Made by a program: the position numbers and the translations under genes | Notes under the pieces: model-generated | The model's database searches: none | Told to the model about the DNA's origin: nothing | Seen by the model: only the letters and a program-made list of their open reading frames with translations | IMG/VR virus record: IMGVR_UViG_3300048606_000071 | Location: 1-25,190 of that record | Reading direction: 5' to 3' (one strand) | Source: a virus | Taxonomy: Duplodnaviria > Caudoviricetes | Length of the DNA stretch: 25,190 nt | Part shown: one piece after another, positions 6,380 to 15,103 of the stretch | Position numbering within the stretch: the stretch's first letter is position 1 | How the letters are laid out: each line of letters opens with the position of its first letter

Positions 6380-6688
6380 TTAATATTGCTTTTTATTTTG
6401 TTGTGCTTGTGGATCTGATTTATCTGGTTGCTCTTTTATGGTCGTGCGAAGCCCAGAATAAAGTCCACTTGCCATAAGCCCATACATGATGCCAGTCATT
6501 ATTGCGCCAGAAAAATCATTAAAGTCATGATTCGCAACGACTCCAATAATGATTCCTATGCCAATACTCACCAAAGGCATGAACTTATTGCTTATAAAGC
6601 CAGTCATCTTGACCGCTTGAACTAAGGCGACAATAATGGGCACTGCTACGATTGCGCCGGTCTGAATTACTGTAAGATCGATATTCAT
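6380..6688 (-). CDS. Holin with three predicted TM segments
   Basis: IIVALVQAVK...KFMPLVSIGIGIIIG...GIMYGLMASGLYSG; directly upstream of the endolysin. Confidence 0.85.
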   Translation of the reverse strand: MNIDLTVIQTGAIVAVPIIVALVQAVKMTGFISNKFMPLVSIGIGIIIGVVANHDFNDFSGAIMTGIMYGLMASGLYSGLRTTIKEQPDKSDPQAQQNKKQY

Positions 6689-6909
6689 TTTTTCTTTTCC
6701 TCCAATTCTTTTTCAAGTAGGATTTTCCACACTCGAATCAAAACGTGCATTTCTTCTTGGATTGCATCTAGCTTTGTATTGACTAGTTCATGCATCCTCT
6801 TTTCTCGTTCTTTGCTTGTCTTTATAAAATAAATAAATAATGCAGAAAAAAGAAGCATAAATGGCGTTTCTGTCTTGATGAAATAAGACAATTCATTAAG
6901 TAACTCCAT
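6685..6909 (-). CDS. BhlA/UviB-like holin-type membrane protein
   Basis: TETPFMLLFSALFIYFIKTSKEREKRM followed by a coiled coil; RBS AAGGAGG. Confidence 0.7.
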   Translation of the reverse strand: MELLNELSYFIKTETPFMLLFSALFIYFIKTSKEREKRMHELVNTKLDAIQEEMHVLIRVWKILLEKELEEKKK

Positions 6910-6921
6910 TTTGCTTCCTCC

Positions 6922-7164
6922 TTATTTTTCACTTTCTTTTATCTGACTAATCACATCTTGCTTTGCATTGCGTATTTCTAATTGCAATTGCTCATAAATT
7001 AATTTGTTTTGTGTTTCAATATTGTTCATTTCTCTTTGTAGATTTTGTTGGTTCTTTTCGCTTGCTTGGTTGCTAATCCACATAAAGACAAATGATAAAA
7101 TAATACCTTCTACTAGGACACTGGCGACAAACTCAAGTATAGTTAAAATAATAGCTTGGTTCAT
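6922..7164 (-). CDS. Membrane protein, N-terminal TM plus coiled coil (80 aa)
   Basis: ORF track; ATGA overlap with the upstream micro-ORF. Confidence 0.7.
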   Translation of the reverse strand: MNQAIILTILEFVASVLVEGIILSFVFMWISNQASEKNQQNLQREMNNIETQNKLIYEQLQLEIRNAKQDVISQIKESEK

Positions 7165-7268
7165 TTTTTAGGTTTCCAGAAAATGAAATAGCCCATTAAA
7201 CCTACCCCTAATAAAAGACCAATAAAAAAAGTAATGTCCATGTTCACACGACCTTTTATTTTTCTCAT
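7161..7268 (-). CDS. Single-TM micro-protein (35 aa) MRKIKGRVNMDITFFIGLLLGVGLMGYFIFWKPKK
   Basis: Not in the track. RBS AGGAG, TAATG overlap upstream, ATGA overlap downstream. Confidence 0.6.
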   Translation of the reverse strand: MRKIKGRVNMDITFFIGLLLGVGLMGYFIFWKPKK

Positions 7269-7336
7269 TATTCTCTGCTCCTATAAATAAAATAGACAAG
7301 ACAAAATGCACTGACTACCAATAAGAGTAGACTCAT
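7268..7336 (-). CDS. Single-TM micro-protein (22 aa) MSLLLLVVSAFCLVYFIYRSRE
   Basis: Not in the track. ATGA overlap with the upstream ORF, TAATG overlap with the downstream ORF. Confidence 0.5.
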   Translation of the reverse strand: MSLLLLVVSAFCLVYFIYRSRE

Positions 7337-7527
7337 TTGCCCATCTGCCGATTTTCAGATTGACGTATTTCGTCCTTGACTTCTTCGATTTCTAGATAAA
7401 GTTCTTTACTCTGATTAGCAAGCATCCTCTGGGTGTTGTTCTTAGATAGGGCAACATTGAAGATCATTATGCTAATGAAAATTATCACATTAAACGAATA
7501 TACTTGGTCAAATAACCACTGTTTCAA
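7333..7527 (-). CDS. Membrane protein, TM plus coiled coil (64 aa)
   Basis: TTG start with a GGGGGT RBS, 1 nt after the previous stop. Confidence 0.65.
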   Translation of the reverse strand: MKQWLFDQVYSFNVIIFISIMIFNVALSKNNTQRMLANQSKELYLEIEEVKDEIRQSENRQMGK

Positions 7528-7528
7528 A

Positions 7529-7636
7529 TTATACCCCCCATAGTATATAGATTAATTCTATAAAAGCATCACAAAAGTAAGCAAATGCAGTGGCAATAAA
7601 TATACATAACAATAATTCTGAGCAATACTGATTCAT
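7529..7636 (-). CDS. Hydrophobic micro-protein (35 aa) MNQYCSELLLCIFIATAFAYFCDAFIELIYILWGV
   Basis: Not in the track. Starts 1 nt after the upstream stop and exactly fills the gap. Confidence 0.5.
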   Translation of the reverse strand: MNQYCSELLLCIFIATAFAYFCDAFIELIYILWGV

Positions 7637-7637
7637 A

Positions 7638-8237
7638 TTAGACAACCATGTCCCATTTAATCGCTTCTATTTCTTCAATCGTTGTGGCTGCTTCGACAAG
7701 TGGCAATAATTCATCACGATATTTGCTTATCATGCCTTGCTTATGAAGAATAATGGTATTGGTTATTTCATTCATTAATTCTTTGTTAATGACAATGCGC
7801 TCATATGCGCCACTTGGATTGTAAACTGTCCATAATAATTCTGCGACCAATCCTTGATTCAAGACTTGCGCTCCATCATTGAAGTTCATTTGTGCTTCTG
7901 TATCATAACTAAAATGATACATGGTCCCGTTTATTTCATGTTCAAAACCGCCTAAAATAGCTTCATTGCATGCTTCGTCTAGTTCAGACCGTTTCGATTC
8001 TTTTGCCATTTCTAATAAAAGTAAGGGGTCTTTTCCTTCTTTCCATTGCCTTGTTTCACGATCATAAATAGGTTCGTACAAACCTTCTCCCCAAGACTCA
8101 TTTACAAAAGTTCGTCCTTCATCTATTGCTTGTTGCAATCTTTTTTGATCCCAGAAGTAATTTTCGATAACATGTCCAGTTTCGTCTATCTCCCAGTATT
8201 CATAAAATCTCGGTTCTTCTTCTTCATACTTACCCAT
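7638..8237 (-). CDS. DUF4376-like tail fibre-associated protein
   Basis: AKESKRSELDEACNEAILGGF...FSYDTEAQMNF...VEAATTIEEIEAIKW; follows the fibre gene. Confidence 0.7.
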   Translation of the reverse strand: MGKYEEEEPRFYEYWEIDETGHVIENYFWDQKRLQQAIDEGRTFVNESWGEGLYEPIYDRETRQWKEGKDPLLLLEMAKESKRSELDEACNEAILGGFEHEINGTMYHFSYDTEAQMNFNDGAQVLNQGLVAELLWTVYNPSGAYERIVINKELMNEITNTIILHKQGMISKYRDELLPLVEAATTIEEIEAIKWDMVV

Positions 8238-8248
8238 GCCTTCACTCC

Positions 8249-9076
8249 TTAGTTAACTGCTAAGAATGTAATATTACTTAACGACACATAATCTGCCGAT
8301 CCAGTAACATGCTCTATTCTTCCATCTGGGTGAACATCTACTCTTGAAATAGCTACACCCGCAAAGCAAGCAAACATTCTTTTTCCTTCGGGTCTGCATC
8401 CTACTGGAAGAGTAGCAATGACTGTTTTAATTGTTCCTTTAACAAGTCCTTTAAGTGTTACAAAGCCATCTGCACTTTTTGTATATCCATTGCCTTCATA
8501 AGTCGCAGTATTATAATTCGTCCATCCATTAATCAGTGACAATGATCCATTGATTTTAGTGGCAATTACATTATTAATTCCACCGCCAATAGTTATATTT
8601 CCACCAGAAGGGGGCGTTAACGTGTAGGCCGCTGTTGAAGAAGTCCCAATAGGTATACTGAGCCTTCTAGTACCATCGTAGTTATAGACTACCCAACTCG
8701 ACCCCGCAGAAGGTGTTGAATCTGAAGGAAACATAATATCTCCGTAATCATCCATCATGATTGAAGCAGAATTTTGAAAGCGCAAACCTTTGGAAGAATT
8801 CACTTTCACTTCTCCATCTACCACAAGATCACTAGAAATATGGGCATCTGGGGCAAAACTCAAACCACCTTGCATGGTATCGCCAGTTTTATCGATGGCA
8901 TTTGCTAGTGCCGATTCGATCTTATTTAATTTATCTGCGGTTATCGGTGTTCCAGAAGAGATAATATTTCCTTCAGCTGGCACAAGTGTTACTGAACCAT
9001 CAACATTGTCTATCAAAGTAAATGTTAAAGGTCTTTCTACGGTTCTATCTGCCCAGTTCGTTGGTACATATGCCAT
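8249..9076 (-). CDS. Tail fibre / receptor-binding protein
   Basis: N-terminal MAYVPTNW...GTPITADKLNKIE, KTGDTMQG motif, and C-terminal head LINGW...VTLKGLVKG...IATLPVGCRP...VSLSNITF. Confidence 0.8.
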   Translation of the reverse strand: MAYVPTNWADRTVERPLTFTLIDNVDGSVTLVPAEGNIISSGTPITADKLNKIESALANAIDKTGDTMQGGLSFAPDAHISSDLVVDGEVKVNSSKGLRFQNSASIMMDDYGDIMFPSDSTPSAGSSWVVYNYDGTRRLSIPIGTSSTAAYTLTPPSGGNITIGGGINNVIATKINGSLSLINGWTNYNTATYEGNGYTKSADGFVTLKGLVKGTIKTVIATLPVGCRPEGKRMFACFAGVAISRVDVHPDGRIEHVTGSADYVSLSNITFLAVN

Positions 9077-11290
9077 TTAAACGCCACCTCTACTTTCAGT
9101 ATTTCCACTTAAAAAGCCTTGGTAATCATAAACTTGTTTTATAATCCTCGTTTGCTTGTCTGCCCTGAAGCTATCTTCAACTAAAATTAAATCAGAACAT
9201 TCGAGAATAGGGTTTTGTCGCCATGAAGCACTATAATAAGCATTATAATTACTCTCTCTGAAATACCAATCGGCAATACTATCTGCATGCGCTTCTGTTT
9301 TAATAAGTGGATTATTTAATGAGAAAGAAGCCCCATTGTTTGAAAGAAGCATAGGATTGGTATATATTTTTTCGATAGGCTCTACTGTTTCACTGTCTGC
9401 CCCATCTGGATAAATCATAATAATTAATTCATAAATTGATTTTTCTAGTTTAATTTCTGGCGCATCATACATTTCTTCAAAACCGATATGTCTCATGCCA
9501 CCTTCAGTGTTATTGACGATATAAGTGCCCGAACTAGGATAGCCAAAAATGTTGGGTTGTGACACTGGATAAGTAATATAATTTGTTAATTCATCCATGA
9601 TCGAAAAAGGTCTTATCACGATGCGCCCATATCGATCTTGATAAACTGCACACATGGCTGCTATTCCGATATGTTGCAAAGCAGTACGAGAATCAATGCG
9701 TTCTGGGAATGTATTCACTGTTATATCTTGCAAAGAATCATCTATTAATTGATCTTCTAAAGGCACATCAGCAAGAGTCAATACAGTTTGAGCCATCGAA
9801 AATAAATTCGTGTGTACTGAAGCAGTAAAAGATGTTTCAGAAAGCAAAGCAAAATAATCATTACAAGTTAATGTAATGACTTTGCTTGTCACATCATTGC
9901 GCCATTCTGATAAAAAGAAGACACCCATAGGCGACCATTCCACACTTCCATTGTCTAAAACTAACCCCAGTTCTACATCGATTCTGGGCTTGGTAGAAAT
10001 AATCTGAAACATGTTTTGAAAATTTAAAATGTCAAAATCCCCACTCGCATTGTCCATTGTTAAAATAAGTTCGTTTGAAGGTAGTGTTTCATTTAAAGTT
10101 GACATTTCTTCTAGTAGGGTAAAACTCATCACTGTATCATCGTCATACAATCTTATATTCGTTAAGGCTACGTCCAATTGAACTTCTACATAATCTGTAT
10201 AAAGAGTAACCTTTGCACTAGTGGCATCTGCTTTTGGTTGTGCATAGGCAACAAAATGGAGAAAACCATCATCGTCCAAGCGAACTTCGTTCTTCGATAT
10301 TTCTAGCATTTCATTTGAAGCACTTGTATGGGAGACTGTTTCTTCATACTGTCCTTCTGTTGCATTCCAGACTGTAATTGATGCTTTTGGAGTTGAAATA
10401 TCTTTTGGAAAAATCTTAACACCGTCTACGGTTTCTGGGTATGTGCCTTGTATGGCAGAATCTCTTATGGTGTACCATGTTTGTCCGTCTTGAGAAATTT
10501 CGATTTTCCCATCATAAAATGTTCTTCCATCTAAATAATAGTGAACGACTTGAACGCTCTCTATATCTGAACGAACTGACCCTAAATCGATATACACCCA
10601 TACTGGCGCACCGCCCCATGCATAACCGTATGTATTTGATTGCCCATCTGTAATGTTTACACCATTAGTTAGTGACCCATTTGTGAATACTGGAAGTCCA
10701 GTGGTTAAATTGACACCACCCGCCATGACGTTAATTTGATTCCAATAATTTGTTGTGTTTGCAGTGCTCCCATTGATCGTATCTCTTACATATCGGAAAG
10801 GCATAAAAAAGTTAGGTTGTGGGTTTTCTCCCCACCCTTTCCACCGAACAATAGAATTCTTTATAATTTCTTGAGCAAATGCCACTTTATCTTGCATAAG
10901 GGTCTTACCCACCCAAAGCCCTTCGCCAATTTCTCTTTGTAAAGCTTCAATGACGTTGAAAGAAAAAAGCATTTGGGGGTATTGTCCCACTGTCCCAGTT
11001 TGAGCAAAGAAATTTGCATCATCATCCATCGCTAAACGATCATAAGATACTTGAGAACCAGTTCTATCCCATGTTGCAGAAGGTACGGTAGTACGATCTG
11101 CAATTAAATATCCCATCAAATGTGGGTTTTCTTTTACGCTATCTAAGATTTTGCCTTTAAAGTCCATAAAAATCTGAGAATCCATGCTTGGCTGCTCTTT
11201 GAATGCATCCATCGTAATAACGACTCTAGACTTGAATTGTCTCTCTTGGGCATATACTTTACTTTTAAAATCATTGCTAGAAGGTAGCAC
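9077..11290 (-). CDS. Tail tip/baseplate hub (Tal-position) protein with inserted beta-sandwich domains
   Basis: Position after the tape measure and small distal-tail gene; hub-like C-terminal half (PSNELILTMDN, EWSPMGVFFL, YQDRYGRIVI, NNPLI, WRQNPILE); internal discoidin-like segment. Confidence 0.72.
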   Translation of the reverse strand: MLPSSNDFKSKVYAQERQFKSRVVITMDAFKEQPSMDSQIFMDFKGKILDSVKENPHLMGYLIADRTTVPSATWDRTGSQVSYDRLAMDDDANFFAQTGTVGQYPQMLFSFNVIEALQREIGEGLWVGKTLMQDKVAFAQEIIKNSIVRWKGWGENPQPNFFMPFRYVRDTINGSTANTTNYWNQINVMAGGVNLTTGLPVFTNGSLTNGVNITDGQSNTYGYAWGGAPVWVYIDLGSVRSDIESVQVVHYYLDGRTFYDGKIEISQDGQTWYTIRDSAIQGTYPETVDGVKIFPKDISTPKASITVWNATEGQYEETVSHTSASNEMLEISKNEVRLDDDGFLHFVAYAQPKADATSAKVTLYTDYVEVQLDVALTNIRLYDDDTVMSFTLLEEMSTLNETLPSNELILTMDNASGDFDILNFQNMFQIISTKPRIDVELGLVLDNGSVEWSPMGVFFLSEWRNDVTSKVITLTCNDYFALLSETSFTASVHTNLFSMAQTVLTLADVPLEDQLIDDSLQDITVNTFPERIDSRTALQHIGIAAMCAVYQDRYGRIVIRPFSIMDELTNYITYPVSQPNIFGYPSSGTYIVNNTEGGMRHIGFEEMYDAPEIKLEKSIYELIIMIYPDGADSETVEPIEKIYTNPMLLSNNGASFSLNNPLIKTEAHADSIADWYFRESNYNAYYSASWRQNPILECSDLILVEDSFRADKQTRIIKQVYDYQGFLSGNTESRGGV

Positions 11291-11302
11291 TCTTTCACTC
11301 CC

Positions 11303-11662
11303 TTATCTTTCAATTAAGTTGAAACTTAAATCTTTATATCTGGCAATTCCATCAACATAATCAACCATGCCTACATTTCGATCACCAGAATAAAAAGACC
11401 CAGTACGCATGGCGTTTAGGTCTGGATCAACATACTGCACATTATAAAAAGTAGGTGCTACTAAATTTAAGATGGTTTTTAAATCTTCTCTGCTCAAATA
11501 AGCATAAGTTAAAAATAATTTCTTTTTTGTAGTAATACGCTCAATAATCATATTTCCATTTGCATTTCGTTGGGCTTTACTAATATCAAAAGTCCCTACT
11601 TGAAATTCTGTAGGAGTGGGCAACGCCACCCCATTAATAGATACTAATGCCACCATGAACAC
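11303..11662 (-). CDS. Small distal-tail (Dit-position) protein, DUF6711-like
   Basis: INGVALPTP...RNANGNM...FYSGDR...LSFNLIER; immediately after the tape measure gene. The true start may be two codons later. Confidence 0.7.
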   Translation of the reverse strand: MFMVALVSINGVALPTPTEFQVGTFDISKAQRNANGNMIIERITTKKKLFLTYAYLSREDLKTILNLVAPTFYNVQYVDPDLNAMRTGSFYSGDRNVGMVDYVDGIARYKDLSFNLIER

Positions 11663-11667
11663 CTCAA

Positions 11668-13992
11668 TTAAATTGAATTCAATTTAACATTTGTTCCGAT
11701 TCGATGATTCTCTCTATCCATGAAAGGCTTGACGATTCTGGCGAATTGTCTGCCATCAATATTCAAAACAACATCACCTTGACCACCGCCACCATTAAAG
11801 TTCATCGCTTCGATTACTGCATTTGTTACGAAGCCTTGTAATTTATCTAATGGCGAAACTACTTCCCTACCGCCAGGATTATCCCCAACCATTGCAAGTG
11901 TGGGGCCGTTCGTAATTCCACCTCTAGCAAGGCGCAAAGGTGCGATTGTCGGAATGCTAGGCGACCAACCTGCGATTTCTAGTCCATTAATATGTCCGAT
12001 CATGCCATTAATTCTTTTAATTGCTTCGTTAAACATGGCTTTAAATCCATTGCCTATCCCTTTATCAAAGCCTTCTGAGATATTTGCAAATGACTCTTTA
12101 ATAGGATCGGAAACATTATCTTCAAACCACTTAGCAACGGTTTTAAAAGGTTTGAGAAAAGCATCTTTTGCTTCGAGTGCTTTCTTTTCAATATTAAAAC
12201 GAATAGCTTCTGTAATAATTTTTAAAGCCAGTCTAAGGTCTTCAAATTTCTTCTTCCATTCAAGAATAAATTCAATAATTTTCTTAATTGCTTTTTCTTT
12301 CATTTCTGCGATTTTCTCAACTACCCAAGCAGAAATATAAATGCCTAGTTTTGTGACCACTTCTTCTAGATTGTCTGAGCCTTCCACAAAGTTCTCTTGA
12401 AACCATTTCCACTTCTTTTCGAACTTATCACCGAATTCGCTCATTTTATTTCCTAGGTCTGGGAATAACAATCCAATTGTTCCAGAAGCAATGTCCCAAA
12501 CTCCAAACAGTGCTTCACCCGCACCTTCCATGCTTTTAGAAAAATCTCTATTAATAATGCCATTTAAAAAGTCTACTGCACCGCCAATAGTTTTGAAAGT
12601 TCCCCCACCGATTGTTCCTAAATCACTAAAAAAGTCTGGAAGGTCTTCGGCAAAGGCTTGTCTAAACTTCGAGATAACTGGCGAATTCCAAAAATCTGTT
12701 AAACTGTCCCATAACCCTATAGCCCCTTCTTTCATGGTTTGCCATCCATCAGAATTCGCAAAGAAGTCTTTAAGCTTATTGGCTAATTTTTCGGCACTCT
12801 CGGCTGCTTTATCAAATATATTCGTGTACTCTTGCAGTGGTAGAAAATCGTCTTCTCCTATTCCGATTCCACCGCCACCACCGATTCCACCGCCACCGCC
12901 ACCGACACCACCGCCACCGCCACCGCCCGCACCGCCAGTATCGGCTTTTGGTTCTTCGATCAAATTCACTTCATCAAAGCCTTGCAAATTACTCGCTAAG
13001 TCTTTGGCTGCCTTCGAAGCTTTACTTATTCCTTTTGCAGATTTACCCGCAGAAGCACCCATATTTCCTAGTGCTACCCCTTGATCTTGAATCGCACTAG
13101 TGGCAGTGTCCATTGATTTTTTATTTCCAATTGCGCCACCTTTGGCTTTTCCAAACAATGCTCTACTGAATGCACTAACCCATTCTAGTGCCATTTGAAT
13201 TCTTCGCATGAATGCAGTTAATACTGGAAGTACGACATTTAAGATAGGCAAAAAAGCCTGACCAAGTGCTAACCGAACATCACCCAAAGCAGAAGTAAAT
13301 TGAGACATTCTAATTTGTGTATTTTCTTGAAGTGTTGTCCCTAGATTCTTACTTACTTGCTCGAAAACATGGTGATACAAGATTGTTTTACGCATTCCCT
13401 CAGATAATGAATCCCAAGGCGCATTGTTCGCAAGCATCTTATAAGCATTACTAGTCATAATGGCCGCTATTCTTACGTCTACGCCTAGTTCCATAGCCCC
13501 ATCTGCTTCTTGGTTCATAGCACTTCGTATTCTATCGCTAACTTCAGACATTGCCATACCACGCTTATTGCTTATGACCGCCGCTAATTCCATCATTTCA
13601 GTGGTCTTATTCATTAAGTCTTCAGTGCTTGTTGCGATGCTCTTAAAGTTAAGAGAAAGCATATTGGCTAGTTCTGCCCCTTGAAGCTTTGAAAATCCCA
13701 TAGATGCACCAACGGTGTCTTGCCATTTCATAAAACCGTTAATGCTTTCGCCCATTGTTTGTGTCAATGTGCCCATTAAAGCTTCATACTTGATTGCATC
13801 CGATATTGCATCTTTTACATACAGACCGCCCCCAAGACCCGCAAGCGCACCGGTCAATTTGCCTTGAATTCCACCCATCGCCTTGTTTAAGCGATTTCCA
13901 AAACTTTCAATCTGCTTGTTAGCATTTTTCATGCCTTTCGACAAGCCACTTATGTCTGCCCCTACTCGGACTAGGAGATTTCTTAACGCCAT
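11668..13992 (-). CDS. Tail tape measure protein
   Basis: MALRNLLVRVGADISGL N-terminus, Ala/Gly-rich helical body, GFDEVNL plus Gly linker, C-terminal LARGGI..GPTLAMVGD...EVVSPL and LNIDGRQF. Confidence 0.92.
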   Translation of the reverse strand: MALRNLLVRVGADISGLSKGMKNANKQIESFGNRLNKAMGGIQGKLTGALAGLGGGLYVKDAISDAIKYEALMGTLTQTMGESINGFMKWQDTVGASMGFSKLQGAELANMLSLNFKSIATSTEDLMNKTTEMMELAAVISNKRGMAMSEVSDRIRSAMNQEADGAMELGVDVRIAAIMTSNAYKMLANNAPWDSLSEGMRKTILYHHVFEQVSKNLGTTLQENTQIRMSQFTSALGDVRLALGQAFLPILNVVLPVLTAFMRRIQMALEWVSAFSRALFGKAKGGAIGNKKSMDTATSAIQDQGVALGNMGASAGKSAKGISKASKAAKDLASNLQGFDEVNLIEEPKADTGGAGGGGGGGVGGGGGGIGGGGGIGIGEDDFLPLQEYTNIFDKAAESAEKLANKLKDFFANSDGWQTMKEGAIGLWDSLTDFWNSPVISKFRQAFAEDLPDFFSDLGTIGGGTFKTIGGAVDFLNGIINRDFSKSMEGAGEALFGVWDIASGTIGLLFPDLGNKMSEFGDKFEKKWKWFQENFVEGSDNLEEVVTKLGIYISAWVVEKIAEMKEKAIKKIIEFILEWKKKFEDLRLALKIITEAIRFNIEKKALEAKDAFLKPFKTVAKWFEDNVSDPIKESFANISEGFDKGIGNGFKAMFNEAIKRINGMIGHINGLEIAGWSPSIPTIAPLRLARGGITNGPTLAMVGDNPGGREVVSPLDKLQGFVTNAVIEAMNFNGGGGQGDVVLNIDGRQFARIVKPFMDRENHRIGTNVKLNSI

Positions 13993-14005
13993 TGGCTCAC
14001 CTCTT

Positions 14006-14359
14006 TTATTCGATGGTTTTGCCCTTGAATTGTTTATTTAGCATTGTGACCACTCGAAGCATTTCATCATCGCTCATTTTTGTATCTTCTTTTTCTTTAA
14101 CTTTGCTTAGTAACTCTTTTAAAGAAGGAAGTTTTTTAAGACGATGATAATATTCTCCTAACCAAACTAGAGTCAATTGTTCTTCTAGTTCTGTTGCTTT
14201 TTTTTCTTGGAAAACTTCTGCATATACAGACAATTCATAAGGAGTCATTTCTTCATAAATAGGTAAAGGCACGTTTAAATGGATAGCAGACTTGAGCGAT
14301 TCTTCCCACGACCATTCAAAATTCGAATCGTCTTGTCCACTATCCCTTTTTAGTTTTTT
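14006..14359 (-). CDS. Tail assembly chaperone T-segment, reached by -1 frameshift (gpGT-like)
   Basis: The -1 frame is open from the slippery site through LKRDSGQDDSNFEWSWEESLKSAIHLNV into the track ORF PLPIYEEMTPYEL. Confidence 0.8.
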   Translation of the reverse strand, partial: KKLKRDSGQDDSNFEWSWEESLKSAIHLNVPLPIYEEMTPYELSVYAEVFQEKKATELEEQLTLVWLGEYYHRLKKLPSLKELLSKVKEKEDTKMSDDEMLRVVTMLNKQFKGKTIE

Positions 14360-14682
14360 TGCTTTTCAGTGTGTTCAAAAGCTAGATCAAACGCTTTATT
14401 CATGCCCTCTAGCACATGGGCAAAGCTAGGTGCTTCGTCCAATATGTCTTCCATATCTTCAAGTTTTAATGTTTCATTATGTTCTTTTGCATCTGATAAC
14501 AGACCACAATAAATCACTTTTTCAAGTTCTTCCATTGTGAAGTCTTCTGGGTTTAAATTTGCTAGGTTCTTCCCAGTGATTCCTTGCAATTTCTTCAGTG
14601 CCTTATGCCCATATTTTAAAAATCTGGGTCTGTCCAGATTGAGTACGACTAATGTATTTTTTTCTGATTTTTTTGCTGTCAT
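14350..14682 (-). CDS. Tail assembly chaperone (gpG-like)
   Basis: Lies between tail tube and tape measure; LDRPRFLKYGHKALKKL; ends EKQKN at A AAA AAC TAA. Confidence 0.85.
   Translation of the reverse strand: MTAKKSEKNTLVVLNLDRPRFLKYGHKALKKLQGITGKNLANLNPEDFTMEELEKVIYCGLLSDAKEHNETLKLEDMEDILDEAPSFAHVLEGMNKAFDLAFEHTEKQKN
14353..14359 (-). other. Programmed -1 frameshift slippery heptamer A AAA AAC
   Basis: X XXY YYZ pattern immediately before the TAA; the -1 frame continues into the next ORF. Confidence 0.85.
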
Positions 14683-14704
14683 ATAAAGTCCACCCTTTTT
14701 TATT

Positions 14705-15103
14705 TTATGGCGTTGGTGCAGTTAATGTAGGCTCACCGCTTACTTTCAAAGTGCCTTCAAAGCTAATCAAGTCTTCTAATTCGGCACTAGTAGAGAAACC
14801 TACTACCACTGCATCGAATGTCCAAGTTGATCCATTCGGGAATGTAATCACATATGCCCCAGTGCTACCCGCTTGGAAGTCATCTAATAACGGTGAATGA
14901 GAAGTATAATCAAAATAGCCACTAATAGAAACTTCCCCAGCATCACGAAAAGAAGACGTAAACTCACGATAGCCCCCCTCAGATGACAAGGTGGTTACAT
15001 CGATAGTATCAGCAGATAGGTCTAGTCCACTAATACTTGTTAATCCTGCGATGGCTGCTCCATCGGTCTTTTTAATAGTCGTACCCATAGCAACAGTAGG
15101 CAT
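14705..15103 (-). CDS. Major tail tube protein (132 aa) from an internal in-frame start
   Basis: AGAAGGAGG-AAATTTT-ATG at 15103; LSADTIDVTTLSSEGGYREF...DAGEVSISG...ITFPNG..WTFDAVV.GF...TLKVSGEP is a siphophage tube signature. Confidence 0.88.
   Translation of the reverse strand: MPTVAMGTTIKKTDGAAIAGLTSISGLDLSADTIDVTTLSSEGGYREFTSSFRDAGEVSISGYFDYTSHSPLLDDFQAGSTGAYVITFPNGSTWTFDAVVVGFSTSAELEDLISFEGTLKVSGEPTLTAPTP

Noticed and set aside
8249-9076. Diversity-generating retroelement or invertible tail-fibre cassette
   Set aside because: No reverse transcriptase, invertase or duplicated template repeat seen.
12860-12940. GC-rich CCACCG repeat
   Set aside because: It encodes the poly-Gly linker of the tape measure protein, which is common in this type of TMP.
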